Part shown: positions 17,061 to 26,072 of the stretch, one piece after another
How positions within the stretch are numbered: position 1 is the first letter of the stretch
How the letters are laid out: each line of letters opens with the position of its first letter
Assembly (NCBI GenBank): GCA_017459425.1
Contig: JAFUCZ010000004.1
Coordinates: 1-63,418, forward strand
Length of the DNA: 63,418 bases
Direction of reading: 5' to 3'
DNA from: Bacilli bacterium
GTDB taxonomy: Bacteria; Bacillota_I; Bacilli_A; RF39; UBA660
The notes under the pieces: model-generated
Database searches by the model: none
What the model saw: only the letters and a program-made list of their open reading frames with translations
Told to the model about the DNA's origin: nothing
Translations under genes and position numbers: made by a program

Positions 17061-18761
17061 ATGGCAGGTAGAGGTAATAAAAAACTTAGTAAAAATTCTA
17101 CTGTTGCTAATTGGTTAGTTGGTGTTTATACAAGAAGATCATTTGATGATAATGAAGATAAAGAATCAAACACAATTACTAATCAAAAAGAGATGATAAA
17201 TAACTTCATATCAAAAGAAAACAATATGACAATTGTAGATTATTATATTGATGATGGATATACAGGAACAGATTTTGATAGACCTGGATTTCAAGAAATG
17301 ATGAGAGATATTACTGATGGTAGAATTAATACTATTATTGTAAAAGACTTATCTAGATTAGGTAGAAATAGCTTAGAGGTAGGAAAATATATTGAAGATA
17401 TTTTTCCTATATATAATATAAGGATAATAGCTATCAATGATAATGTAGATTCATTTAAAAGACCAGATTCAATAAATGACTTAATTGTACCTATAAAAAA
17501 TTTAATAAATGAAAGTTATGCTCGAGATATTTCTAAGAAAGTAACATCTGCATATTTTACTATGGCAAGTAGTGGTAAATTTGTTGGTGGAACTTCTCCT
17601 TATGGTTATACTTTTGATGAGAATGACAAACATCATCTAGTAGTTGAACCAGATGAAGTTAAGAATGTTAAGTTAATATTTGATATGGCTTCTAAAGGTG
17701 ATGGAAGAGTTACTATTACAAAGTATTTAAATGATAACAATATTTTATGTAGAAAAGAAATACAAAGAAGAAAGAAATATAAACTTTCACTTGATCCAGA
17801 AGCAGAAACAATAAAATATAAATGGTCAACATCTACTATAGGAAGAATGTTGACTAGTGAAATATATATTGGAAATTTAACTCAATTAAAAACAAAGAGA
17901 GAAAGTTTTAAAAATCATAAAGTTTTAAGTGTTGCTAAAGAAGATTGGATAAGATGTGAAAATACACATGAACCAATCATTACAAAAGCACAATTTGATA
18001 AAATTCAGAGCTTAATAAAAACTAACACAAAACTTAAAGTTAGAAGTGAAGAAAAAACATATTCCATATATAATGGAATACTAAAATGTGCTGATTGTGG
18101 TAAAGCAATGTATAAGCAAGAAGATAATAGAGGAAATCGCCAGCTATCAAATTATTTCTGTAATACTTATTTATATATAAGTAAAAAATCTTGTACTTCT
18201 CATAAAATAAAAACTGAAGATTTAAATGATATGGTTTTAGAAGCTATAAAATTACAAGTTAAGTTAGTTATTGAATTAGATAGAAGTTTAAAAAAACTAT
18301 ATTTGAGAAATAATCGAGATACAGTTGAAAGTGAATATAAAAACAATACAAGAATTGCAGAAATAAAAATTGATAATTTAAAGAATAAAAAGATTCAATT
18401 ATATGAAGATTGGAAATTCAATAATATAGATAAAGAAGAATTTTTAAAACAATCAAAAATAATTGAAGATGATATTAAATTGATAGAAGAAAAATTAGAA
18501 TTAATTACTCAAACATATAGAGAAAATATAAAAATGATAAAAAGAAATGATTATTGGATAGATCATTATAGAAGAAACAAAAAAATTAAGAAGGTAACTA
18601 AAGAAGTTTTAAAAGAATTAATAGAAGTTATTTATGTAACAGAAGAAGGTAATATAGATATTCATTTTAAATACAAAAATGAGTATAAAGAATTATTAAC
18701 CTATCTTGAAAATGAGGGAGCTGTTAAAACATGTCAAAATGGAGAACTGGTATTTACTTAA
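17061..18761 (+). CDS. large serine recombinase (566 aa)
   Basis: Resolvase catalytic domain (VYTRRSFDD, DDGYTGTDFDRPGFQEMM, VKDLSRLGRN), recombinase domain, Cys-rich zinc ribbon (CADCGK...C) and a coiled-coil tail. Confidence 0.92.
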   Translation: MAGRGNKKLSKNSTVANWLVGVYTRRSFDDNEDKESNTITNQKEMINNFISKENNMTIVDYYIDDGYTGTDFDRPGFQEMMRDITDGRINTIIVKDLSRLGRNSLEVGKYIEDIFPIYNIRIIAINDNVDSFKRPDSINDLIVPIKNLINESYARDISKKVTSAYFTMASSGKFVGGTSPYGYTFDENDKHHLVVEPDEVKNVKLIFDMASKGDGRVTITKYLNDNNILCRKEIQRRKKYKLSLDPEAETIKYKWSTSTIGRMLTSEIYIGNLTQLKTKRESFKNHKVLSVAKEDWIRCENTHEPIITKAQFDKIQSLIKTNTKLKVRSEEKTYSIYNGILKCADCGKAMYKQEDNRGNRQLSNYFCNTYLYISKKSCTSHKIKTEDLNDMVLEAIKLQVKLVIELDRSLKKLYLRNNRDTVESEYKNNTRIAEIKIDNLKNKKIQLYEDWKFNNIDKEEFLKQSKIIEDDIKLIEEKLELITQTYRENIKMIKRNDYWIDHYRRNKKIKKVTKEVLKELIEVIYVTEEGNIDIHFKYKNEYKELLTYLENEGAVKTCQNGELVFT

Positions 18762-20299
18762 GATTATCATCAGATGACGATGATGATAAATTAGAATCTA
18801 ATAGTATTACAAATCAAAGAAATTTAATAAATTATCATTTGTCTGATATGAAAGATATAACTGTATATAAATGTTATGCTGATGATGGATATACAGGAAC
18901 AGATTTTGATAGACCTTCATTTCAAGAAATGATGGATGATATTCGTAGTAGAAAAATAAATTGTGTAGTAGTAAAGGATTTATCTAGATTAGGTAGAAAT
19001 TATATAAATGTTGGTCATTTTATTGATGATACTATTCCTAGATATAAAATTAGATTTATTGCTGTTAATGATAATGTAGATTCTTATTTAAGACCTGAAT
19101 CAATGAATTCGTTAGAAGTTTATTTTAAAAATTTAATGAATGAGAGTTTTGCAAAAGATATTTCAAAAAAAATTAGAACTTCTTTTGCTATAAGTAAGAA
19201 GAATGGGAATTTTATTGGAGTTGTTGCTCCTTTTGGATATTTAAAAGACCCAGATGATAACCATAAATTTATAGTTGATAAAGAAGCTGAAAAAATAATT
19301 AAGAATATATTTAAAATGGCAATGAGTGGAATGAGTAGGCAAGAGATAATTAAAAAATTAAATGATACTCATACACCAACTCCAGCAAAATACCTAAAAG
19401 ATTTTTGTAATAGTAAAAATCCTAATGTTGGAAGTAAATGGACATTAGATTCATTAGATAAAGTTATTAAAAATAGAAACTATATAGGTACTTTGATACA
19501 AGGTAAGAAAGCACGAATAAGCCATAAAAAGCATAATACTTTAAGAGTACCAGAAGATGAATGGATTATAGTTCCTAATCATCATAAAGCTATAATTAAA
19601 GAAGAAATATTTAATCAAGTTCAAGATATTCTTTATAATAGAAATGCTAGAGTTAGTCCAAATGGGAAAATGTATAGATATACTGGATTTTTAAAATGTG
19701 CTGATTGTAAAACATCAATGTATAAATTTGCTAAAAAAGGTGGTAAGGATGTATTTTTCTATTGTGGGGCATATCATAAAAAAAAGAATTGTACTAAGCA
19801 TTATATTACTGAAAAAGAATTAGATGATATTGTACTTGAAACAATTAATAAATATATTGAACTGATAACTAATTTAGATGAGAAGATAAACAAGGATATA
19901 TCATTATCTTATTTAGAATATGAAAAAGAAAATAAAGAGTTTAAATTAATCGAATTAGATAAAGAAGAACAGAAATATAGAAAACTCTTGAATGAAATAA
20001 AAGAGGATTATAAAAATGATTATATTTCAAAAAAAGATTTGGATATATTTAAAGATAGATATATGTTTGAATTAAATAAAATTTTATTAGAAAAAGATGA
20101 GATAAATAATAGTACATCAAGTAATGAAAATATAGCAAGAATTAATAGGATTAAAGAAATAGGCAAAATAGATTTTGTTGATCGAAATATATTAAATGAA
20201 TTTGTTGATGTAATATATATTTCAGAAGAAAGAGGTGTAGAAGTAATTTTTAAATATAAGAATTTATATGAAGATGCATTGAGGTATCTAAATTCTTGA
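18731..20299 (+). CDS. large serine recombinase (522 aa), paralogue of the preceding gene
   Basis: Same motif set (IYLRLSSDD, DDGYTGTDFDRPSFQEMM, VKDLSRLGRN, CADCKT). It overlaps the upstream recombinase gene by 31 nt. Confidence 0.92.
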   Translation: MSKWRTGIYLRLSSDDDDDKLESNSITNQRNLINYHLSDMKDITVYKCYADDGYTGTDFDRPSFQEMMDDIRSRKINCVVVKDLSRLGRNYINVGHFIDDTIPRYKIRFIAVNDNVDSYLRPESMNSLEVYFKNLMNESFAKDISKKIRTSFAISKKNGNFIGVVAPFGYLKDPDDNHKFIVDKEAEKIIKNIFKMAMSGMSRQEIIKKLNDTHTPTPAKYLKDFCNSKNPNVGSKWTLDSLDKVIKNRNYIGTLIQGKKARISHKKHNTLRVPEDEWIIVPNHHKAIIKEEIFNQVQDILYNRNARVSPNGKMYRYTGFLKCADCKTSMYKFAKKGGKDVFFYCGAYHKKKNCTKHYITEKELDDIVLETINKYIELITNLDEKINKDISLSYLEYEKENKEFKLIELDKEEQKYRKLLNEIKEDYKNDYISKKDLDIFKDRYMFELNKILLEKDEINNSTSSNENIARINRIKEIGKIDFVDRNILNEFVDVIYISEERGVEVIFKYKNLYEDALRYLNS

Positions 20300-20354
20300 A
20301 AAAATGTGGTATAATTGATTAGTAAAGTTTCTTACAAAAAAGGGAGTGATTTCT

Positions 20355-21245
20355 ATGAATAACACAAACGAAAATGCAAGGTTAGACAAAACTGTCATCA
20401 ATTGGTACCCAGGACACATGGCTAAAACAAAGAGATTAATAAAAGAAAATTTAGATTTAATTGATGTTGTATATGAAGTAATAGATGCACGTATACCTAA
20501 ATCTTCTAAAATAATAGATATAGATGATTTGATAAAAAACAAAGAAAAAATTATTATAATGACTAAAATAGATTTGTGTGATAAAAAAGAAACAAACAAA
20601 TGGATTAAATATTATGAGTCTTTAGGGTATCATGTATTCAGTACTGATTTAGAACATAATTTTAAAAAGTCAGAATTATTAAAAATAACAAATGAAATAA
20701 TACAAGAAAAAAATAAAAAAAGACTACAAAAAGGAATGATTAAAAGAAAAACTAGAGTTTTAATAATAGGTATTCCAAATGTTGGTAAATCAACACTTAT
20801 TAATAAATTGGTAGGGAAAAAAGTAGTTAATACTGGTAATAAACCAGGAATAACTAAAAATTTAAATTGGATAAGAATTGATGAAGATATTGAATTATTA
20901 GATACACCAGGAATATTATGGCCAAAACTTGAACAAGAAAAAGAAGCTCTTAATCTGGCAAGTCTAACAGCGATTAAAGAGGAAATTCTTCCTATAGATA
21001 AAGTGGTTTGTTATATACTTGATATGCTTAATATTTATTATAAAGATATTTTAAACAGTAGATATAAAATTGAATTGGAAACAGAAGATCCTGTTGAAAT
21101 CCTTGAACTAATTGGTAAAAAACGCGGATGTTTAATTAAAGGTGGCGAAATAGATTATCAAAAGGTAGAGAATATTATTATGAACGATGTTAAAAGTGGA
21201 GTAATATCAAATATAACATTTGATAGATTTGATAATGAAGGATAA
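20355..21245 (+). CDS. rbgA: ribosome biogenesis GTPase A (YlqF/RbgA)
   Basis: Circularly permuted GTPase: WYPGHMAKT, TKIDL (G4) ahead of GIPNVGKST (G1), and DTPGILWP. ATG 20355 lies behind AAGGGAG. Confidence 0.9.
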   Translation: MNNTNENARLDKTVINWYPGHMAKTKRLIKENLDLIDVVYEVIDARIPKSSKIIDIDDLIKNKEKIIIMTKIDLCDKKETNKWIKYYESLGYHVFSTDLEHNFKKSELLKITNEIIQEKNKKRLQKGMIKRKTRVLIIGIPNVGKSTLINKLVGKKVVNTGNKPGITKNLNWIRIDEDIELLDTPGILWPKLEQEKEALNLASLTAIKEEILPIDKVVCYILDMLNIYYKDILNSRYKIELETEDPVEILELIGKKRGCLIKGGEIDYQKVENIIMNDVKSGVISNITFDRFDNEG

Positions 21246-21603
21246 AAATGTATTAGTACTTGCATATATTGGCGATGCTGTCTATGAAATCTATATAAGA
21301 GAGTTTTTAGTACAAAAAGGTAATTTAAAAGTAAATAATTTACAAAAAGAAGCAATAAAATATGTAAGCGCTAAAGGACAAAAAGAATTTTTAGATAAAC
21401 TTATAAATTCAAATTTTTTAACAGAAGAAGAATTGGAAGTTGTCTATAGAGCTCGTAATAATAAAAATGGTCGTCATCCAAAAAACACAGACATTGTAAC
21501 ATATAAACATTCTACTGCATTTGAAGCACTGATTGGATTTTTATATTTAGATAAACAAATAGAACGATTAAAACAAATATTAAAATACTTGATAGGAGAT
21601 TAA
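21235..21603 (+). CDS. mrnC: Mini-ribonuclease III
   Basis: LAYIGDAVYE signature, about 120 aa, followed by rlmB as in Bacillus. Confidence 0.85.
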   Translation: MKDKNVLVLAYIGDAVYEIYIREFLVQKGNLKVNNLQKEAIKYVSAKGQKEFLDKLINSNFLTEEELEVVYRARNNKNGRHPKNTDIVTYKHSTAFEALIGFLYLDKQIERLKQILKYLIGD

Positions 21604-21605
21604 TT

Positions 21606-22292
21606 ATGTACGTATATGGTAAAAATTCTGTAAATGAAGTACTTAAAAATAACAGAAAAATAAAAAAAGCTTATATTTATAAAAATTTTAGTGACAAAAA
21701 TATTATTTCTGCTATACAAAAACTTAATATTCAAATAAAATATCTTGAAAAATATGAATTAGACAAACTTGCAAAAGTAAATCATCAAGGTATAATATTA
21801 AGTGTTCCAGATTATAAATATTATGATATTGATGATATTGAGAATCCGTTTGTAGTCATATTAGATCATATTGAAGATCCTCATAATTTTGGCGCTATAA
21901 TTAGAACTTGTGAAGCTGCTGGTGTTGATTCAATAATTATACCTCGTAATAGAGCAGTTGAAGTAAATGATACGGTAATGCGTGTAAGTGTAGGAGCACT
22001 TGATAGAGTTAAAATCATTCAAGTTACTAATTTAGTTGATACTATTAAATATTTAAAAAAAATAGGGTATTGGATTGTTGGTACTGACATGGAAGGTACT
22101 GATTATAAAGATATTGATTATAATGATAAAATTGGAATTGTAATAGGTAACGAAGGAAATGGTATGAGTAGATTAGTTAAAGATAATTGTGACTTTGTTG
22201 CATCTATTCCGATGAAAGGTAAAATCAATAGTTTAAATGCATCAGTAGCAGCTGGAATTATAATTTTTGAAGCATTAAAAATACGAAAGTAG
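21606..22292 (+). CDS. rlmB: 23S rRNA (guanosine-2'-O)-methyltransferase, TrmH/SpoU family
   Basis: SpoU motifs HNFGAIIRT, IVIGNEGNGMS and SLNASVAAGI. Confidence 0.85.
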   Translation: MYVYGKNSVNEVLKNNRKIKKAYIYKNFSDKNIISAIQKLNIQIKYLEKYELDKLAKVNHQGIILSVPDYKYYDIDDIENPFVVILDHIEDPHNFGAIIRTCEAAGVDSIIIPRNRAVEVNDTVMRVSVGALDRVKIIQVTNLVDTIKYLKKIGYWIVGTDMEGTDYKDIDYNDKIGIVIGNEGNGMSRLVKDNCDFVASIPMKGKINSLNASVAAGIIIFEALKIRK

Positions 22293-22299
22293 GGATAAT

Positions 22300-22911
22300 A
22301 TGAAGTACAAAGATTATAATGATTATGAATTATTATCTTATGTAAGTGAAAATAATGAAGAGGCCAGTGAAATATTGTATGAAAAGTATAAACCTTTAAT
22401 AGAAATAACCGCAAAAAAAATGATACGTTATTGCGCTAACACTGGTTTAGAAGTAAGTGATTTAATACAAGAAGGTATGGTAGGCCTTAGCTTGGCAATC
22501 AATTCATATAAAGAACAAAAAGATGCAAGCTTTTATACATATGCAAAAATGTGCATTGATAGAAAAATTATTAGTACAGTGATTTCTTCAAAAAGATTAA
22601 AACACAAAATATTAAATGAATCGTTATCACTTGAAGCTACTGATAACGAAGGTAATGAAGTATATGGATTGATGCTTAGTGATGAAACATTAAATCCTGA
22701 AAAAGTATTAGTTTTTAATGAAGAAGAAAATGAACTTCTAAATAAAACTTATGAGAGATTAACTGATTTTGAAAGAGAAGTATTTGATTTAAAAAAATCT
22801 GATTTTTCATATAGAGAAATTGCTTCAATATTAGATAAAAGTCCTAAGGCAATAGATAATGCTCTTCAAAGAATAAGAACTAAAATAATGGAAGTAAAAA
22901 AAGAAATATAA
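22300..22911 (+). CDS. sigma-70 family RNA polymerase sigma factor, SigH-like
   Basis: Region 2 (DLIQEGMVGL) and a region 4 HTH (SYREIASILDKSPKAIDNALQRIR). The synteny mrnC-rlmB-sigma resembles the Bacillus sigH locus. Confidence 0.7.
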   Translation: MKYKDYNDYELLSYVSENNEEASEILYEKYKPLIEITAKKMIRYCANTGLEVSDLIQEGMVGLSLAINSYKEQKDASFYTYAKMCIDRKIISTVISSKRLKHKILNESLSLEATDNEGNEVYGLMLSDETLNPEKVLVFNEEENELLNKTYERLTDFEREVFDLKKSDFSYREIASILDKSPKAIDNALQRIRTKIMEVKKEI

Positions 22912-22962
22912 ATATTGTTGTAAAAAATATAGTATGGTATACTATTTATAATAGGTGATGGT

Positions 22963-24156
22963 ATGAAACGTGGATTTACTTTGGTAGAAATGATGGCTGT
23001 AATTGTAATAATTGGAATATTAAGTATCGTTACTGTGCCGTTAATAGTAAATAAAATAAAAGGAAAATCTAGTGATATAGATGACGTTACAAAAAAAATT
23101 ATTTATAATGCAGCAAATCTTTATTTAACTGATACAGTTTCTGAAATAGGGGAAAACTCAACTTTTTGTGTTCCTTTAAATGATTTAGTTAATAAAGGTT
23201 ATTTATCTGATCCAATAAGTAATACAGAAGATATATCTTTATCTAACGTTGTTGAAATAAAAAATCAAAACGGTATTAATAGCTATAAAATAGTTTCTGC
23301 AAATAATTGTGTTGCATCTAACGTAACATATGTAACTATTTCTAAATTAAAAAATAATTCTAACTCAAATTGTAATTTTTCAAACAAACAAAATTGCAAA
23401 GATAATAAATTAAACAAAATTGATTCATATAATAATCCAAGTTCATCTAGTTATCCTTTCGCATTATCTCATGCATATATAGGATCGTCCCCATCAAATT
23501 TATTAATTTTGGGAAGTAATTGCTTTAGTATTATTGGAGTAACAAACAACAACTCATTAAAAATTATATATGAAGGTGTAAGTAATAATAATAAATGTAG
23601 TGAATTAGCTAACAATAATACAAATTTATTAAGTAAACAGTGGTATAATGAAGATCAAAAAATAAGTTTTAGTAATTCAAATATATCTAGTGATTTAAAT
23701 AATTTAATAAATGATAGTAATTTAGATTTAGTTACTACTTTTGGATCTTTATCATTAACTTCTACTGATAAGCAAAAACTTAAAAAAGCAATATTTTATG
23801 TAGGAGATTTCAAAGGTAATACATTACAAAATTTAATAAATAGTGAAAGAACTAGTACATATGAAAGTTATGTAGGGCTTTTAAATTCTAGTGACTTTAT
23901 ATTTGCTTCATCTAGTTCTAACTGTAGTATTACCCAAACATCAACTCAAAATTGTAATCAAAATAATTATTTAACTCAACAAAATAATATTTGGAGTATA
24001 AATACTTCAAGCGATAAAATTACATCCATTAATAATGGAGTAATAACTAGTACAAGTTCAAACTCTGCACTTATAGTTAGGCCAGTATTATTTTTAAAAG
24101 ACAACATAAGATTAACTGGAAAAGGTACAGTAGATTCTCCATACATAGTTCAATAA
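22963..24156 (+). CDS. prepilin-type N-terminal cleavage/methylation domain protein (397 aa)
   Basis: Class III signal MKRGFTLVEMMAVIVIIGIL, with G at -1 and E at +5. It has an S/N-rich body and a C-terminal module ending LIVRPVLFLK...GKGTVDSPYIV. Confidence 0.85.
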   Translation: MKRGFTLVEMMAVIVIIGILSIVTVPLIVNKIKGKSSDIDDVTKKIIYNAANLYLTDTVSEIGENSTFCVPLNDLVNKGYLSDPISNTEDISLSNVVEIKNQNGINSYKIVSANNCVASNVTYVTISKLKNNSNSNCNFSNKQNCKDNKLNKIDSYNNPSSSSYPFALSHAYIGSSPSNLLILGSNCFSIIGVTNNNSLKIIYEGVSNNNKCSELANNNTNLLSKQWYNEDQKISFSNSNISSDLNNLINDSNLDLVTTFGSLSLTSTDKQKLKKAIFYVGDFKGNTLQNLINSERTSTYESYVGLLNSSDFIFASSSSNCSITQTSTQNCNQNNYLTQQNNIWSINTSSDKITSINNGVITSTSSNSALIVRPVLFLKDNIRLTGKGTVDSPYIVQ

Positions 24157-24177
24157 CTGTTTTATACAGTTTTTTTG
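24155..24177 (+). terminator. intrinsic terminator
   Basis: AACTGT-TTTAT-ACAGTT hairpin plus a T-run. Confidence 0.6.
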
Positions 24178-24245
24178 TGTAAAGTAATTGTTTTAATATT
24201 TTAAAAAATATAAAAATAAGGTATACTATATATAGGTGAATTATT

Positions 24246-25109
24246 ATGGCGAGATATAGTTTGTGGGCAAAAAATAAGATTGATCCAAGTAAAAACTTTA
24301 TTATTAAATTATCTGATAAAGATAATATGAAATTATCTGAAAAAGTTGATTTACAAGTAATTGATTTTTATACTACTGAGTTTGAAAACGAAAAAGCAGT
24401 ATTATCAAACTTTGACAATATTGATGATTTAAATAATTGGGATTTAGAAATTACTTATCAAAGTAACAAAAGAACAAAAACTCTTGATGTTGCGTATTTT
24501 AATGATGTTTTAATAAAAAACTATAGTCATAATTATAGTAATAATAAATTTATTCCTACAAATGATCCTGATTTACTTTTAATAAAAAAATTTTTGCTAG
24601 AAAACTCATATTATGATGGTATATTGTTTAGAGATATTCAAGACTCTACTTACATGAATGATTATATTAAAACAAAAATAGAAAACTTTATATATGCTAG
24701 AACATCATCAATTGATGATCAAAATACAAGAGATTTTTCTCAAAGACAATTAACAGAAGAATTATCTAGATATAAAAATATAAGAGGAGTAATGTTTTTC
24801 CTAAAAAAAATAGAAGGTAAATATTCAAAATATAATTTCCCTGTTATTAAAAATAAAACTAATGTAGAAATGAAAAAATATGTAGAACCAACTATAGAAA
24901 CAAATAATATTGATCCAGATAAAATGTATAAATATAATCCACCTTTTGAAACAGAATTTGTATTTAATGATGAAGGCGCACATAATTATGATGAACTACC
25001 TGATTCTAATTTAAGAGCATACGATGATTTTTTATCAAAAAAATCAAATAAAAAAGTTTACACTAAAAAGTTACCAAATCAAAGTTATTTATTTGATGAG
25101 GATAATTAA
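24246..25109 (+). CDS. hypothetical protein (287 aa)
   Basis: Long ORF behind an extended -10 box (GGTATACTATAT) and RBS AGGTG. Its stop lies 1 nt before the xer-like start. Confidence 0.65.
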   Translation: MARYSLWAKNKIDPSKNFIIKLSDKDNMKLSEKVDLQVIDFYTTEFENEKAVLSNFDNIDDLNNWDLEITYQSNKRTKTLDVAYFNDVLIKNYSHNYSNNKFIPTNDPDLLLIKKFLLENSYYDGILFRDIQDSTYMNDYIKTKIENFIYARTSSIDDQNTRDFSQRQLTEELSRYKNIRGVMFFLKKIEGKYSKYNFPVIKNKTNVEMKKYVEPTIETNNIDPDKMYKYNPPFETEFVFNDEGAHNYDELPDSNLRAYDDFLSKKSNKKVYTKKLPNQSYLFDEDN

Positions 25110-25110
25110 T

Positions 25111-26001
25111 ATGGATAAAATTATAGAGGAATTTATAAATTATTTAAAATATGAACGAATGTATTCACTTAATACAATAACTAGTTATGAAATAGATTTA
25201 TCTACACTAACTAGTTTTTTAAAAGATGAAAACATTTCCGATTTCAAAAAAATAGATTATGATTTGATGAGAAAATATTTGGTTTTTTTACATGAAAAAA
25301 AATATAAATCTAAAACCATTTCCAGAAAACTGAGTACAGTTAGATCACTTTTTGATTATTTAATTCAAAATGATATAGTAAAAAATAATCCAATGACTTT
25401 GATACAAAATCCAAAATTAGAAAAAAAATTACCAAAAGTGTTATACAATACCGATTTAGAGGATTTATTAAGTATACCAGATTTAAAAACTGATATGGGT
25501 ATTAGAGATGAACTGATATTAGAAATGTTTTATTCAACAGGAATACGTCTTAGTGAATTAATTAATATTAAATTAACTGATATAAATAAGTATGAAAAAA
25601 CTATAAAAATACTTGGAAAAGGTAATAAAGAAAGATATGTATTATATGGTAAAAAATGTGAAGAAATATTAGAAAATTACATAAGTAATTGTAGAAGTAA
25701 ATTGGTTTATAATGATACACCATATTTATTTTTAGATAAAAAAGGAAATAAATTAAACAGTAATAAAATTCATTATTTATTTAAAAAAATTGTAGATAAA
25801 TCTAACATAAAAATAAATATAAGTCCCCATACTTTAAGACACACATTTGCTACCGATTTATTAAATGAAGGTGCGGATTTAAGAACTGTTCAACAGTTAC
25901 TTGGTCATGAAAACTTAGAAACTACCGAAATATACACACATGTAACAAATGAACATTTAAGAAAAGTATATTTAGAAGCTCATCCTAGAGCTCGTAAATA
26001 A
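25111..26001 (+). CDS. XerC/XerD-family tyrosine recombinase
   Basis: Typical Xer N-terminus (EEFINYLKYERMYSLNTITSYEIDL) and catalytic motifs GIRLSEL, HTLRHTFAT and LLGHENLETTEIYTHV. ATG 25111 is preferred over the overlapping track start. Confidence 0.88.
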   Translation: MDKIIEEFINYLKYERMYSLNTITSYEIDLSTLTSFLKDENISDFKKIDYDLMRKYLVFLHEKKYKSKTISRKLSTVRSLFDYLIQNDIVKNNPMTLIQNPKLEKKLPKVLYNTDLEDLLSIPDLKTDMGIRDELILEMFYSTGIRLSELINIKLTDINKYEKTIKILGKGNKERYVLYGKKCEEILENYISNCRSKLVYNDTPYLFLDKKGNKLNSNKIHYLFKKIVDKSNIKINISPHTLRHTFATDLLNEGADLRTVQQLLGHENLETTEIYTHVTNEHLRKVYLEAHPRARK

Positions 26002-26072
26002 AATGTAAAAAAACAAAGGTATTAATTATTTAATATCTTTTTTTTGATATAATAAAAGATGGGAGGGATAAA

